From sequence record NC_010811.2: a stretch of DNA of 64,000 nucleotides. One strand, given 5' to 3'. Positions 1 through 9,741 of the stretch are shown piece after piece (the first letter of the stretch is position 1; every line of letters begins with the position of its first letter). A program made the translations under genes and the position numbers. The notes beneath the pieces are model-generated. The model saw only the letters and a list, made by a program, of their open reading frames with translations. It searched no databases and was not told where the DNA came from.

Positions 1-1097
1 TCCATCTGCCATGCAGATGGACCCCTCCTTGTACCTTGTGGACTTGGGTATCCATCTGCAGGGCGGCTGGGAATGGCTCCAGCCGTCCGGTTCATGACTA
101 CCTGACCCACCATGAAAAAATCCACAGCGTGTTGTTGACTCCCCGTTCGACCGGGCTCAGGCGCGGAACGGGCTTGCCGGTAAGAACATGTCCCAGATGA
201 ACAAGCTGATCCCTCAGCTTCAACTGGCTGGCAAGCGTGGCCCGACTGAAGAGCAAGTCGCACATCGTGCAGAACAACGACTGGGTCGGCGCTCCGCGAT
301 CTGGCTATCGCTCTTGACGAGGCGCTGATCCCGCTGGCTCGTCTGCCGGAGGTTGCCTCACGAGCGACAACTCAAGCGCCTGAACAGCGCGATCAAGAAG
401 GTGAAAGTGGCAGTGGCCAATGGCTACCCGCAAGGCACTAAGCGTCATGTCGTGGCGTGCCTCAACGAGTTGACCACCATTCGTGAAGGCGTCTACCTGA
501 AAGAAGCGTCGAAGGAAGACGTGGTGCTGGATGTGGCCGTGCGCTCGGTCGCTGCTCTTCAGCAGATGGTCCAGAAGGCTGAAACGCCCAAGACCGAAGT
601 GGTGTCCACGGACAGCGACACGCGAGCAGATGTACGCGGACATGGTCCAGGTCCTCGGCCAGATGAAGGACAATTATCAGGGTACCGCACTGCATGCCCT
701 GAAAGAGCAGCACGTCGTGGTGACTCGCGCTCCCATCATCCCGATCGCTCCCGGACTGGAGGCCGTCAAGCTCAAGGCGCAGGGCTTCAACGTGCAGGAC
801 ATGGGCGGGTACCCTGTGATCCACGATCAGTTGGTACTGGGCGTCAGTCGCAAGGCAGTGGAGGCTACGAACGGCGGCAAAGCTCCTAAGCCCGACTCCT
901 TCTTCAAGATGGCTGCGAGCCTCAAGCGTCAGTTGGAAAAGCGCATGAAGCAGAAGCTGGTGTTCGTCGATGAGAAGTCGCACGGTGCTCACGGCGGTTC
1001 GTGGTTCTGGTTGATGAAGGAGCGCGATGCCGATCAGTTGGCGCGTGCGTTCCCCAGCAAGCAGATCAAAATCCAACGATTCGGGTTTGCCTTCTAA
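1..1097 (+). pseudogene. Frameshifted hypothetical protein, 5' end probably outside window
   Basis: Coding-like text switches frame several times (about 250-350 and about 620): ORF 353..889 (HERQLKRLNSAIKK...) hands over to ORF 531..1097 (TREQMYADMVQ...FGFAF*). Confidence 0.45.
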
Positions 1098-1099
1098 TC

Positions 1100-1264
1100 A
1101 TGGTCGCTCACACGTTGATGGTCTCGGGCGTCGTGGTTGCTCTCATCGGTTTGATCGGCGGGAGCAGTGCCACGCCCAACACATGGGACTGCGATAGCCG
1201 CGGTCGCCGGCACACAGCCACTGGACTCCTGCGGAGGAATCGTGGTCCGCTGTCACATTCGTAG
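1100..1264 (+). CDS. Small hypothetical membrane protein
   Basis: ATG 1100, hydrophobic N-terminus VSGVVVALIGLIGG. Confidence 0.4.
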   Translation: MVAHTLMVSGVVVALIGLIGGSSATPNTWDCDSRGRRHTATGLLRRNRGPLSHS

Positions 1265-1317
1265 GCTTGGCCCCTGTTCATTGTCGGGGTCCTGGTCTGG
1301 GCGTTCCGGAGGTTGAC

Positions 1318-1491
1318 ATGAATCCGCATCTCATGCTTGTCTTGCAAGCACTGGTTTCGTCATGTGTTGGGCTGACGTTTGCGTTGGTCATGGCCATCGT
1401 TCATGACCGCGGAAAGCTGGATGTCGGTACGTGCCTGATCCTGACCGTCTTTGTGTCCGTAGTATCCACCGCCGCCCTGTTCTCGCTATGA
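1318..1491 (+). CDS. Small two-TM hypothetical protein
   Basis: GGAGG upstream, ATG 1318, two hydrophobic segments. Confidence 0.55.
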   Translation: MNPHLMLVLQALVSSCVGLTFALVMAIVHDRGKLDVGTCLILTVFVSVVSTAALFSL

Positions 1492-1677
1492 CCCTTCTCC
1501 TTCACAATCCCACACAACGTCCTGTCGGCGATCGGCGCAGTGATCGCAGCCCTTCTCTGTATCGTGGTCCACATCACGATTCGGCATCTTGCTGATGCCC
1601 CTACCGAGCCTCGAGCTGTTGCCGTCATCAACATCTGTGTCACCATCCTCGCAATCTGGGTCATCTACCTATGCTAG
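1488..1677 (+). pseudogene. Small membrane protein, frameshifted just after the start codon
   Basis: ATG-A-CCC: removing one C of 1492-1494 gives MTFSFTIPHNVLSAIGAVIAALLCIVV...WVIYLC*. Confidence 0.45.
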
Positions 1678-2165
1678 TCAATCAACTGATCGTCCTTCCT
1701 ACGCAGGACACCCTCGCGTACCTGAATCGCGTGTTCGACGGATGCTCTTTCGACATCGACTGGTCGCAGTCGTTCGTCGAGGTGAACAGCAGCGTTCAGC
1801 CTATGGAAGCGGATCCCACTCGCAAGTACACTGCCGTCGCAGGCACCATGAATGTGTACTACGATTCTGCGACCGGCGACAACAGCCTGCTCCTGCCGCT
1901 AGTCAGCGACGAGCTGGTGGAGCGCTGTGCTGAACTGCGCGTGGATGCACCGTCTGCCTTCTATGGCAATGCGTACTTCCCGTTCCTCGTGGTGAAGCGC
2001 AACTACGCACCGCGCCGCGCACATCGCCGGTACTTCATCACGTCGATAGCCGACGTCCTGTACGCGGATCGCTATCCGCTGACGTTCGACGCTGAACTGG
2101 TGTTGCCGCGCACGTTCGAGACGGTTCCGGACATGGACTACTACGTCACGCGCCAAGTTGGATAG
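1671..2165 (+). CDS. 2H-phosphoesterase-fold (T4 Acb1/gp57B-like) protein with degenerate HxT motifs
   Basis: By-eye alignment to T4 Acb1 from memory: GTMNVYY..GDNSLLLPLVSDELVERCAEL...YFPFLVV vs GHLEVW..GSTLVLVLDSEYLRCRH...YTPHITL. Confidence 0.45.
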   Translation: MLVNQLIVLPTQDTLAYLNRVFDGCSFDIDWSQSFVEVNSSVQPMEADPTRKYTAVAGTMNVYYDSATGDNSLLLPLVSDELVERCAELRVDAPSAFYGNAYFPFLVVKRNYAPRRAHRRYFITSIADVLYADRYPLTFDAELVLPRTFETVPDMDYYVTRQVG

Positions 2166-2185
2166 CAGTAAATAGGGAGGTGTGT

Positions 2186-2647
2186 ATGCAGATCGCGCAC
2201 ATGATCTTGGACCACTGCTGGGTTTGTGGGACGCGCTTTGTCGATGCGCGTCCTCCCGGTCCTGCGCTGCGTGAAGACCATCACATCATCCCGCGTGCAG
2301 CAGGCGGTGTGGATGGACCGCAGGTGTCGTTGTGTGACACGCATCACACCAAGCTGCACAAGATCGCGTTGCGCTTGAAGAGCGGCAAGCCACACTTCGA
2401 TCTGCTGACTGGCGAAGACATCGAACGTCAGAAGAAGCTGTTGTGGCTGGCAATACGCGTCCATGAAGCGTTCAACCTGACGAAAGACGATCCGAACAAG
2501 AAGGCGCTGGCCATCTTGACTTTGGATCGTCGCCGTCAACAACAGATAGAGCAGTTGAAGCTCATCTATCCAAAGGCCAAGTCTAGAGAAGCGATTCTGG
2601 ACCTGGCCTTGCAGTCGTTGTACAACCGGCATTTCCAATCTGACTAA
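2186..2647 (+). CDS. HNH endonuclease-like protein
   Basis: CWVC...EDHHIIPRAAGG...LCDTHHTKLH motif; SD GGAGG upstream. Confidence 0.8.
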   Translation: MQIAHMILDHCWVCGTRFVDARPPGPALREDHHIIPRAAGGVDGPQVSLCDTHHTKLHKIALRLKSGKPHFDLLTGEDIERQKKLLWLAIRVHEAFNLTKDDPNKKALAILTLDRRRQQQIEQLKLIYPKAKSREAILDLALQSLYNRHFQSD

Positions 2648-2660
2648 TAAAGGAACAACA

Positions 2661-2993
2661 ATGGCAGAAATCAACTTGGGCGATCTGTACGCGGTGCACC
2701 TCACCAGTGGACAGGTTGTTCTCACTCGCATTACCGCAATCAACGAACAGCAGGGCACTCTGACCATGGGCAAGCCCATGGAGTTCTTCATCCAACCCGG
2801 TCCCAATGGCCGCGCCGCAGTCAGCTTCATCCCCTTCCTTTCGCACGGCATCTTCCCCGTGCTCGACACGTTGGACTACCCTTCGGACCATGTGTTGTTG
2901 GTGCGCGCCGCGCCGCAACAACTGGAAAACGGCTACATCGAAGCAACGGGCGGCGTTGCCGTTGCCCGCTCATCCCTCGTGCTGCCCCACTAA
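2661..2993 (+). CDS. Hypothetical protein
   Basis: SD AAGGA, 110-aa ORF with typical codon usage. Confidence 0.65.
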   Translation: MAEINLGDLYAVHLTSGQVVLTRITAINEQQGTLTMGKPMEFFIQPGPNGRAAVSFIPFLSHGIFPVLDTLDYPSDHVLLVRAAPQQLENGYIEATGGVAVARSSLVLPH

Positions 2994-3036
2994 GGGCAGC
3001 GCCCGCCAAGCCTTACCCAGCAAGGGCTGGCGGGGC

Positions 3037-3065
3037 TTTACTTGCTCCAGCAGCTTTGCTATACT
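3037..3065 (+). promoter_or_regulatory. Sigma70-like promoter with extended -10
   Basis: TTTACT-N17-TATACT with TG at the extended -10 position, after a GC-rich hairpin at about 3001-3036. Confidence 0.55.
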
Positions 3066-3236
3066 GGATGCCAGTCGCGTACCACTGCTCCACCGAAAAG
3101 GAGGCCCATATCCAACGTTGGCCCGTTGGATCATCTAGCTGTACTGAACACCCAGAAGTAATGGGGGACCGCGGATCGAAGTCGCGCATGAGGGTGCGCG
3201 AACGGTTCGTAACCAAAAAAGCACAAGCAAAAACAA

Positions 3237-3923
3237 ATGCTTAAGAAAGATATTCTTGGAAACGCCAGCGCGAAGTCACTAACCGAAGCCTTCCGCTGCG
3301 GCGAATGTCTGCATTTCAACAAGCATCCGCATTCAACGCGGGACACCGTCTGCAAAGACGAAGGGGTAAAGGCAATCGGCATTGCGCCAAAGTGCTTCAC
3401 GCCTGACATCACCAAAATCACCGGAAACACTGACCAGTTCGTTCAACTCGTTTCGCTGTTCCAGTCGTACACCCATCAAGAACGTCGGATCTTCCTCGGC
3501 CTGCTCCGTGCAAGCAAGAAGAAGGGCCATCCGATCGGCACTCCTCTCTACTTCCGTATCGGCAACGATTTCGTATCCAACTACCTCTGCGGGTTTGTCG
3601 CAGGCTACAGCTCCACAGGTGATCTCATGCTGATGGGATCGCCGGACCAGAAGGGGCGTGGCCGCACGTTCGTCTCGTTCTTGGAGCGCGACGCGCAAGA
3701 TCTGCTGACTGCAAGCCAGTGGCGCGCCAAGCGTCAAGAGCTGGTGGCAGAACACAAGCTGGTGGACCCCGCGAACCGCGTGGTGAAGCGCCAGTCGGTG
3801 GTGGATACGTACGAGCCCCCCTCCATCGACACCGTTCCCCAGTCGTGGCTTGACAAGCGCGATGAATCGGGAACCAAGCGCGGTACCAAGCGCAAGGACA
3901 CCTATGAGTTCCAAGTGAGCTGA
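3237..3923 (+). CDS. Hypothetical protein with N-terminal Cys motifs
   Basis: 228 aa; CGECLHF, C..C. Confidence 0.7.
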   Translation: MLKKDILGNASAKSLTEAFRCGECLHFNKHPHSTRDTVCKDEGVKAIGIAPKCFTPDITKITGNTDQFVQLVSLFQSYTHQERRIFLGLLRASKKKGHPIGTPLYFRIGNDFVSNYLCGFVAGYSSTGDLMLMGSPDQKGRGRTFVSFLERDAQDLLTASQWRAKRQELVAEHKLVDPANRVVKRQSVVDTYEPPSIDTVPQSWLDKRDESGTKRGTKRKDTYEFQVS

Positions 3924-3934
3924 TAGGTGCGTCC

Positions 3935-4882
3935 ATGCTCAAATCAATCCTCAAGTTGGAAGGAGCGGCGTTTCGCCGCGTCGCTCCTGCGCTCTTCGCG
4001 TATCTATTTCGGCGTATTGACCAGAAGCAGTTCGTCGCCTATGTAGACGATCGGCAGTTGAGTGGACAAGTGTTGGACGCTGTTCGCAGCGACGGCTACG
4101 TGCTCAAGAACTGCAAGCTCTACGCATGGGCATTCCACAAGTGGAGGAACGGGGAAGGTGCCCGTCCTCACTACAGGCAGTATGAAGTGGCGGCGGAAGA
4201 CGCCGCCCTTCTGCGGCGACTGAATCTCAGTCACCTTGATCTGAAGTTCGAGAGCTTCACGTTGCAGGAATTTGATTCGGTGGTAGAGGACACGCTGACC
4301 AACACGCATATGCAGCAGCATGTTGGAAAGCTCATCAGTCGCAAGATGAAGTTCCTGATCCAGAGCTACGATACGCCGCGCCACGAGCTGGAAGGCACTT
4401 TGAAGGCGGCGGCGGTTCGTGCCCTGTACATGCAGTATCCGCGCTTCGTCAGTCGGTTGCATCTGACCAACACGGCGAAGACTACGATCCACAACACGGC
4501 GATGACATTGATCGACTACCACACGAATCCCACCCGCAATCGTCTTCAGACGACGGCAGGTGGACACTTCGAGTCGCGCCACGTTCCGCTTGACAGTTTG
4601 CAGGCGGAGACCGCAGGTCCGCAGTACCTGGAACACATCCGCGATCAGCTTCAGTCGCTGGTGTCGCTCCAGGATCGTATGAAGCCGCGCTTGCAGAAGT
4701 TCTTGCTGGCCGCAGCCGGGCACCACGATCCCGATTTCAGCGCGTGGCTCAACGCTGACAACAGTGATCTGGCATCCGACATGCGCTACGAGCAGTACAT
4801 GAAGAAGGCATGCACCTTCTTTGGCTACTCGGAAGATCAGGTGAAGAACATCTTCTCGCGCATCCGAGCGCATCTGTCGTAG
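3935..4882 (+). CDS. Hypothetical protein
   Basis: 315-aa ORF tiling between neighbours. Confidence 0.7.
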   Translation: MLKSILKLEGAAFRRVAPALFAYLFRRIDQKQFVAYVDDRQLSGQVLDAVRSDGYVLKNCKLYAWAFHKWRNGEGARPHYRQYEVAAEDAALLRRLNLSHLDLKFESFTLQEFDSVVEDTLTNTHMQQHVGKLISRKMKFLIQSYDTPRHELEGTLKAAAVRALYMQYPRFVSRLHLTNTAKTTIHNTAMTLIDYHTNPTRNRLQTTAGGHFESRHVPLDSLQAETAGPQYLEHIRDQLQSLVSLQDRMKPRLQKFLLAAAGHHDPDFSAWLNADNSDLASDMRYEQYMKKACTFFGYSEDQVKNIFSRIRAHLS

Positions 4883-4890
4883 GAGGGAGT

Positions 4891-5175
4891 ATGGCCACTG
4901 ATGACTTGCAGACGCGGCAGGCCGCGTTCGCGAAGACCTTCAACCTGTCGCTTGACGACTACCTGTTCATCGTCAGCAACAACTCGCTGGAAACGATCAC
5001 CACGCTGTTGGAACTGCTCCGGCCCCAGACGTTCCGTTCGCCGATTCGTGAGAACGCAGCAGCCAAGCTGCGTCGGTGGCTGGACAACAAGCTGGTAAGC
5101 ACGCCGCCCCTGACCCGTGCTGAGTTGGAGTCGCTGACTCCTTCTTGGCCCATCACATGGAAGCTACCCACATGA
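4891..5175 (+). CDS. Hypothetical protein
   Basis: SD GGAGGGAG then ATG 4891. Confidence 0.6.
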   Translation: MATDDLQTRQAAFAKTFNLSLDDYLFIVSNNSLETITTLLELLRPQTFRSPIRENAAAKLRRWLDNKLVSTPPLTRAELESLTPSWPITWKLPT

Positions 5176-5399
5176 CCATCGTCATCGTCAAGGGCAAGGG
5201 GCGCGCCACTGCGCACGCCTCGAAACCTGCACCCATCACCATGGACTTCACCAAGGTGAAGAACCACCCGATCCAGAGCTTCGCTGTGGACCACGCGGTG
5301 GCGAACGGGTTGCTGCCGACCGAAGAGCAGACTGTGACTTGTCTGCAATGCGGCGCACAGGCTCCGGCCTCCAACCCGATCCCGCCCTGCGGCCACTAA
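5172..5399 (+). CDS. Small protein with C-terminal Zn-ribbon-like motif
   Basis: ATGA overlap; CLQC...PPCGH. Confidence 0.55.
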   Translation: MTIVIVKGKGRATAHASKPAPITMDFTKVKNHPIQSFAVDHAVANGLLPTEEQTVTCLQCGAQAPASNPIPPCGH

Positions 5400-5513
5400 C
5401 TACAAGGAGTGTGCTGTGAAAGGTCTGTACGTCGTAACTTATTTCGCCGTAGCTGCATTCGTCGCATACTCCGCTTGTCTCTCCATCGCAATTCTGTCAA
5501 CGCTATAGCCATC

Positions 5514-5837
5514 ATGACGCAACAAACACTCGACCCCACATCCATCCTCTCGATGAGCAGCGCCGATTCGCTGGAATATCGGCGCGAGCCGAAGTCGTTC
5601 CGCGATGATCCGCCGACCCGTGAGGAAGCGGAAGCTGGCATCGTGGACTACAGCACGAGCGGCCTGTACATCAGCAAGGCCATGCGCGAGCTGGACGAAG
5701 CGATCCCCGGCGGGCAGGCGCAGCGTGCCGCAGCCGCCTTCCATCTGCTGGAAGCAGCGGTTCCCATGCTGCGTGCGTATCTCATGGCGCGTGGGGTTTT
5801 GAAGCATCCGGCCGAAACTACGGCTCCCGGCGTCTGA
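5514..5837 (+). CDS. Hypothetical protein
   Basis: ATG 5514 inside ORF 5409..5837. Confidence 0.55.
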   Translation: MTQQTLDPTSILSMSSADSLEYRREPKSFRDDPPTREEAEAGIVDYSTSGLYISKAMRELDEAIPGGQAQRAAAAFHLLEAAVPMLRAYLMARGVLKHPAETTAPGV

Positions 5838-5838
5838 C

Positions 5839-6210
5839 ATGCTTCGCCACCGGAACGTGAAGGGACCGCTCACGCGGTCAGTAGTACAGCGCAGTGAAGT
5901 ACCCGTCGATGTGCGGACAGTCTTCGTACAACAAGACGGCTTGCAATTCTACGTTTCGGTGGGCCGACTGTATAGCGCCTCGTTTCTAGACTTCGAGGCG
6001 TACACGGTCACCTACCACGGCACCGAAACGTTGGTGTTCACCATCGCACCGCACCAGGATCATTGGACGGTGTTGCTGCCTCACGGTGTGGTGAATCGTC
6101 ATGGCGGCGCCGTACAACGCTTCATGTCGCTGCGTATCCAACAGCCTACGGCGCAAGACGCATTTGTTTCGCTCACGGAGTACGTCCGCAGGACTCGCAT
6201 CCTGTTCTAA
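5839..6210 (+). CDS. Hypothetical protein
   Basis: 123-aa ORF abutting upstream stop. Confidence 0.55.
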   Translation: MLRHRNVKGPLTRSVVQRSEVPVDVRTVFVQQDGLQFYVSVGRLYSASFLDFEAYTVTYHGTETLVFTIAPHQDHWTVLLPHGVVNRHGGAVQRFMSLRIQQPTAQDAFVSLTEYVRRTRILF

Positions 6211-6236
6211 CACAGTCTCAACCCACAGAGGTTCAC

Positions 6237-6590
6237 ATGACCACAACCAACATCAACGAGAAGTTCTCCGCCCTGTTTCGCGCCGAAGTGAAGCGCGTGC
6301 GCAAGGCGCGCCGCCTGAAGCAGGAAGACGTCGCCCGCATGGGTGGCCTGAGCCGCGAAGCGTATCTGCGCTTCGAGAATGGCACGAGTGACATGCGCAT
6401 CTCGTCCCTGGACGCGGTGCTCAAGGGTTTGGGCGTGGAGATGGAGTTCTATCTTCTGGCTACTGGTGAGGCCCCGGCACCCACGACCAGCGTTGCGATC
6501 GGCAACATGGCTCAGTCTTTGAGCAATGAACCGCCGCACGCCGGACCGGGATCTGGCGAGCGCAGCACGGGGCTCAGCGATGCCGACTAA
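6237..6590 (+). CDS. XRE-family helix-turn-helix regulator
   Basis: VKRVRKARRLKQEDVARMGGLSREAYLRFENG.SDMRISSLDAVLKGLG matches the HTH_3 pattern. Confidence 0.88.
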   Translation: MTTTNINEKFSALFRAEVKRVRKARRLKQEDVARMGGLSREAYLRFENGTSDMRISSLDAVLKGLGVEMEFYLLATGEAPAPTTSVAIGNMAQSLSNEPPHAGPGSGERSTGLSDAD

Positions 6591-6783
6591 CAACGAGGCG
6601 GAAGCCCTCTGCCATCTGCGTGCGCTGGTCGCCCTCATCGACCACGACTTCAACCTGACGTGCGGCGCATTCCTGTTGGACCTGAGCCCTGAGGCAGTAG
6701 TCGCTCTTGGGCCGCTGGACCGCACCGCGCATGCAGCAGCCACGTTCCTACGTTCGCTGCCAAACCCGGCCCTCAGTCGCTAA
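6580..6783 (+). CDS. Hypothetical protein
   Basis: Overlapping ATG, 67 aa. Confidence 0.5.
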   Translation: MPTNNEAEALCHLRALVALIDHDFNLTCGAFLLDLSPEAVVALGPLDRTAHAAATFLRSLPNPALSR

Positions 6784-6790
6784 AAACGCC

Positions 6791-6853
6791 TGTTGTAGAT
6801 TCGCAACACTCCGGCCGCACCCCCTTGCACGCGGCCGGATTTCCAGGCATAAT
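6791..6853 (+). promoter_or_regulatory. Repeated promoter module: TGTTG-TAGATTCG-CAACA hairpin plus TTGCAC-N17-CATAAT
   Basis: -35 at 6825-6830, -10 at 6848-6853; same module at 30859 and 43914. Confidence 0.75.
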
Positions 6854-6906
6854 ACTTCACATGGGCAGCACGCAAACGCAGTAACGCAGCAGCCCCCGGT
6901 ACACAA

Positions 6907-6923
6907 CTCCCATCGAAACGGAG
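6907..6923 (+). promoter_or_regulatory. Conserved RBS stem-loop CTCC-CATCGAAAC-GGAG
   Basis: Precedes ATG 6931; recurs at 7365, 7835, 16893, 30949, 43580, 44011 and as a variant at 3088. Confidence 0.65.
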
Positions 6924-6930
6924 CGCCATC

Positions 6931-7341
6931 ATGGCAACCTTTATCACCCAGCTTCGCAAGCAACACCCCGGCCTCAGCATGCAAAAGGCGTTCGGTAACA
7001 ACGTGCGCATTTCACGTGGTAGCAAGGTGGCTCTCGTTTCGGTGTTCAGTAATTCGGTTGAGTTCAGCAGTTACAACGGCCGCTTCGGTGATCAAGAGCT
7101 TAAACATCGTGAGCGCGTTCGTGATCCAGAAGCGCTTCGCACCTTGATCACCGAATTCTTCGGTCCGTCGCCTGCGTCGCAAATCAAGCGCCTCAAAGCA
7201 CGCAACGCCAAGATCAAGGACTTGCTGGTCAAGTATCGCGATTGGAATGCCAGCGGTGGCGGTTACACCGGTCGTATCGATCGCCTGCGCCAGCAACTGC
7301 GCACCAACAAAATTCTGCTGCGTGGCCTTCGCGCCAAGTAA
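6931..7341 (+). CDS. Hypothetical protein (probably early-expressed)
   Basis: Directly downstream of promoter module and RBS. Confidence 0.7.
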   Translation: MATFITQLRKQHPGLSMQKAFGNNVRISRGSKVALVSVFSNSVEFSSYNGRFGDQELKHRERVRDPEALRTLITEFFGPSPASQIKRLKARNAKIKDLLVKYRDWNASGGGYTGRIDRLRQQLRTNKILLRGLRAK

Positions 7342-7387
7342 GCAAAGCAAACAGTCGTCTATCTCTCCCATCGAAAAGGAGCGTTCC

Positions 7388-7800
7388 ATGTTTATCCCAC
7401 GCGCACAATTCGCAGCTCGCACGTCTGGCCTCTACTTCCAAGGTGCCGATTCGGAAAACGACGAGGTGGTCATCTCGTGCTATCTGCCGGTCCAAGAGGT
7501 TGCAAAGCAATTCGGTCTGGAAGCGCTGGACAACGTCATCGACTACGGGTTCTGCCGGTTGCGTGTCAACGAGCTGTCGTTCGTCGAGTTCGCTACCAGT
7601 CTGCGCAGTCTGCGCCGCACCATTCGCAGCCTGCGTGCGTGGCTCAAGTCCGTGGAATCCACGGCCGAAGAGAACCAGAAGGAATCGCTGTTCAAGGTTG
7701 AGCTGTCGGGCATTCGCAGTCTGCGCCGTCAGCAAAAGTTCGAGCAAAAGGCAGTGCTCGCCGGTCTGCGGCGCACCGCGCTGGGCTTGGGTTTCTGTAA
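7388..7800 (+). CDS. Hypothetical protein; currently reads in-frame into the next gene
   Basis: RBS motif 7365-7381, ATG 7388; out-of-frame TAA at 7798-7800; second RBS and ATG at 7859 in the same ORF (7247..8389). Confidence 0.5.
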
Positions 7801-7858
7801 TTCTAGCTTCACTGATCCGTGCATCGCCGTCATCTTTCCCATCGAAAAGGAAACCGTC

Positions 7859-8389
7859 ATGAAAACCGCTATCGTTCTGTCCACCGTCGTGGCATCCATC
7901 GCCCTGTATGCAAACACTGGCCACGCGCTGAGCCCAGCCGTTGATCCCGAACCCGCGATCAGCTACTCGCTTCTGGTCTACGGTGCGTCCGCGCACATGG
8001 ACAAGGTCGGCCACATCGACAATCGCACGTTCCGCCCCACGGGCAATCGCAAGCTGAACGCCGTGAACCCGGGTTCTGGGTTTGGAAAGCGGAGCGCGAT
8101 GGCTGGCTGGTCGGTGCCGGTACGTACGAGGACTCGTTCTACAAACAGGGGTTACATGGCATACGGTGGCTATCGCTTCAAGTTCGGCGACGAGAAGGGC
8201 TGGAACGCCAACGTCGCGCTCAAGGCTGGCTACCTGCACGGTTCCAATCGCCATGGTCTGATGGCGCTGCCCACGGTCGGCGTCGGCTACAAGAACGTGA
8301 GCCTGGAGTTCAGCGCGTTCCCGTACCACACCGACGACAAGGGTGGCAAGGGCATCGTGGTGGCAACGTGGCTGCGCTACCAGTTCTAA
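7859..8389 (+). CDS. Secreted outer-membrane beta-barrel-like protein (PagP-like?)
   Basis: Signal peptide MKTAIVLSTVVASIALYANTGHA; ASxH...NxxNPG motif; C-terminal WLRYQF; an alternative frame over 8089-8147 reads AERDGWLVGAGTYEDSFYKQ. Confidence 0.5.
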   Translation: MKTAIVLSTVVASIALYANTGHALSPAVDPEPAISYSLLVYGASAHMDKVGHIDNRTFRPTGNRKLNAVNPGSGFGKRSAMAGWSVPVRTRTRSTNRGYMAYGGYRFKFGDEKGWNANVALKAGYLHGSNRHGLMALPTVGVGYKNVSLEFSAFPYHTDDKGGKGIVVATWLRYQF

Positions 8390-8693
8390 GGTGCAGTACG
8401 TTGTCGTAGTTCAGCACACCGAACTAACGAGAACAGTCTACGGTCCATACTCCAGCTTCAAGCGCGCAGAAGGCGATGCTAAGGCTTGGAGTGGGACCGT
8501 AGAACCGTTAGTCAAACCGAGTAGTGGAGAGCAGAATGCGCAAGACGCAGTATCCTGACATCCCGTATCATTCCGCGGGGTACCTTGTGATGATAGGCGA
8601 TGACGAACTCTACTGGGGTTACAGTCATCATGTGGCCAGACTCGTAGCGCATGTGATGCGCGCAATCGTCTGGTGACCCTCGATGGAGGCGTA

Positions 8694-9197
8694 ATGACAC
8701 TCAATCAACAGCTGAAGAAGCTCATTGACCAGCACGGCGCCGCGAATGTTGCTTTGGCGTTCGACGCCCTGAAACCTGCCGTACTCACGCACACTCTCTC
8801 GCGGGACGCGTACAAGATCGGCAAGTTCAGCCGCAAGGCGTTGCGTGGCTCCGCGCGTGGTGAAGAAGATGTGCGGTTTTTGTTCGTCAAGCGTACGAAT
8901 ATCATTGGAACGCTCAGTCGTTCAATGGTCGTCATCCCATCTAACGCGGAGTGGGTCTCTGAAGTGAATTACTCTCTCGGAGACAACCCTGAAGTGTTCG
9001 CCCTTGGCGTAGGGCACGTGTGGATCAGCTACCCTGACTCGCATGTCGTGTTCACAGACGAGTCGTTGCCAACTCTCTACATGCGCGACACAGAAGAGGA
9101 GCTCAACCAGTTGAACAAGACATACACTCCCAAACAATGGGTCAAGTTGATTGAGACCTACGGGTTAAACGAACGCCCGAAAGGCTTCTTCATCTAA
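8694..9197 (+). CDS. Hypothetical protein
   Basis: SD GGAGG, ATG 8694. Confidence 0.65.
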   Translation: MTLNQQLKKLIDQHGAANVALAFDALKPAVLTHTLSRDAYKIGKFSRKALRGSARGEEDVRFLFVKRTNIIGTLSRSMVVIPSNAEWVSEVNYSLGDNPEVFALGVGHVWISYPDSHVVFTDESLPTLYMRDTEEELNQLNKTYTPKQWVKLIETYGLNERPKGFFI

Positions 9198-9212
9198 GTT
9201 CAAGGAACCATC

Positions 9213-9410
9213 ATGAAGCTTCGCAAGCGTCGTACCGCCTACCATGGCCGCTTCTTCGTGCTGCCGTGGGTGCAGCAACCGATGTATCAGTTCTTCATCC
9301 ATCCAGGCTTCTGGCCGAAACGCTTCAAGCACCGTCAGGTGGACAGCAAGCGTCGCTATCCACGGGCGCGCAACGTTCCCTCCATTTTCGCGGACCCTCA
9401 AGATGCCTGA
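9213..9410 (+). CDS. Small basic hypothetical protein
   Basis: SD AAGGA, 65 aa. Confidence 0.55.
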   Translation: MKLRKRRTAYHGRFFVLPWVQQPMYQFFIHPGFWPKRFKHRQVDSKRRYPRARNVPSIFADPQDA

Positions 9411-9741
9411 AATCTCCCGATACGGCGGTCCCCGCATCACACGCCAGCAAGCGCAAGAGCGCTGTGACCGCGTCGGTACCATAGTTTCATATCGCAGTCG
9501 CCGCACCAACGAGTTCTTCTTCGCCGCGCAGCATCTGTATTCGCACCACGAGCATGCTGCGGAATACGGATTCGTCCCATGCACCACATGCATTCCCCTG
9601 CGCGTAGCACCCCGTCCGGGGCTTGAGGATGGCTACGTCCACAACGTGGAACAGTACATCGCACTCTTCCACCCGGACGCTGTAGAGATCGATCCGGCAG
9701 AGAAGTACGGATGGGGTGCCGAATCTAAGGAGGCCACATGA
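9403..9741 (+). CDS. Hypothetical protein
   Basis: Overlapping ATG 9403. Confidence 0.55.
   Translation: MPEISRYGGPRITRQQAQERCDRVGTIVSYRSRRTNEFFFAAQHLYSHHEHAAEYGFVPCTTCIPLRVAPRPGLEDGYVHNVEQYIALFHPDAVEIDPAEKYGWGAESKEAT

Noticed and set aside
7247-8389. A single 380-aa protein
   Set aside because: An internal RBS, ATG and signal peptide at 7859, plus a separate RBS at 7365, indicate two genes
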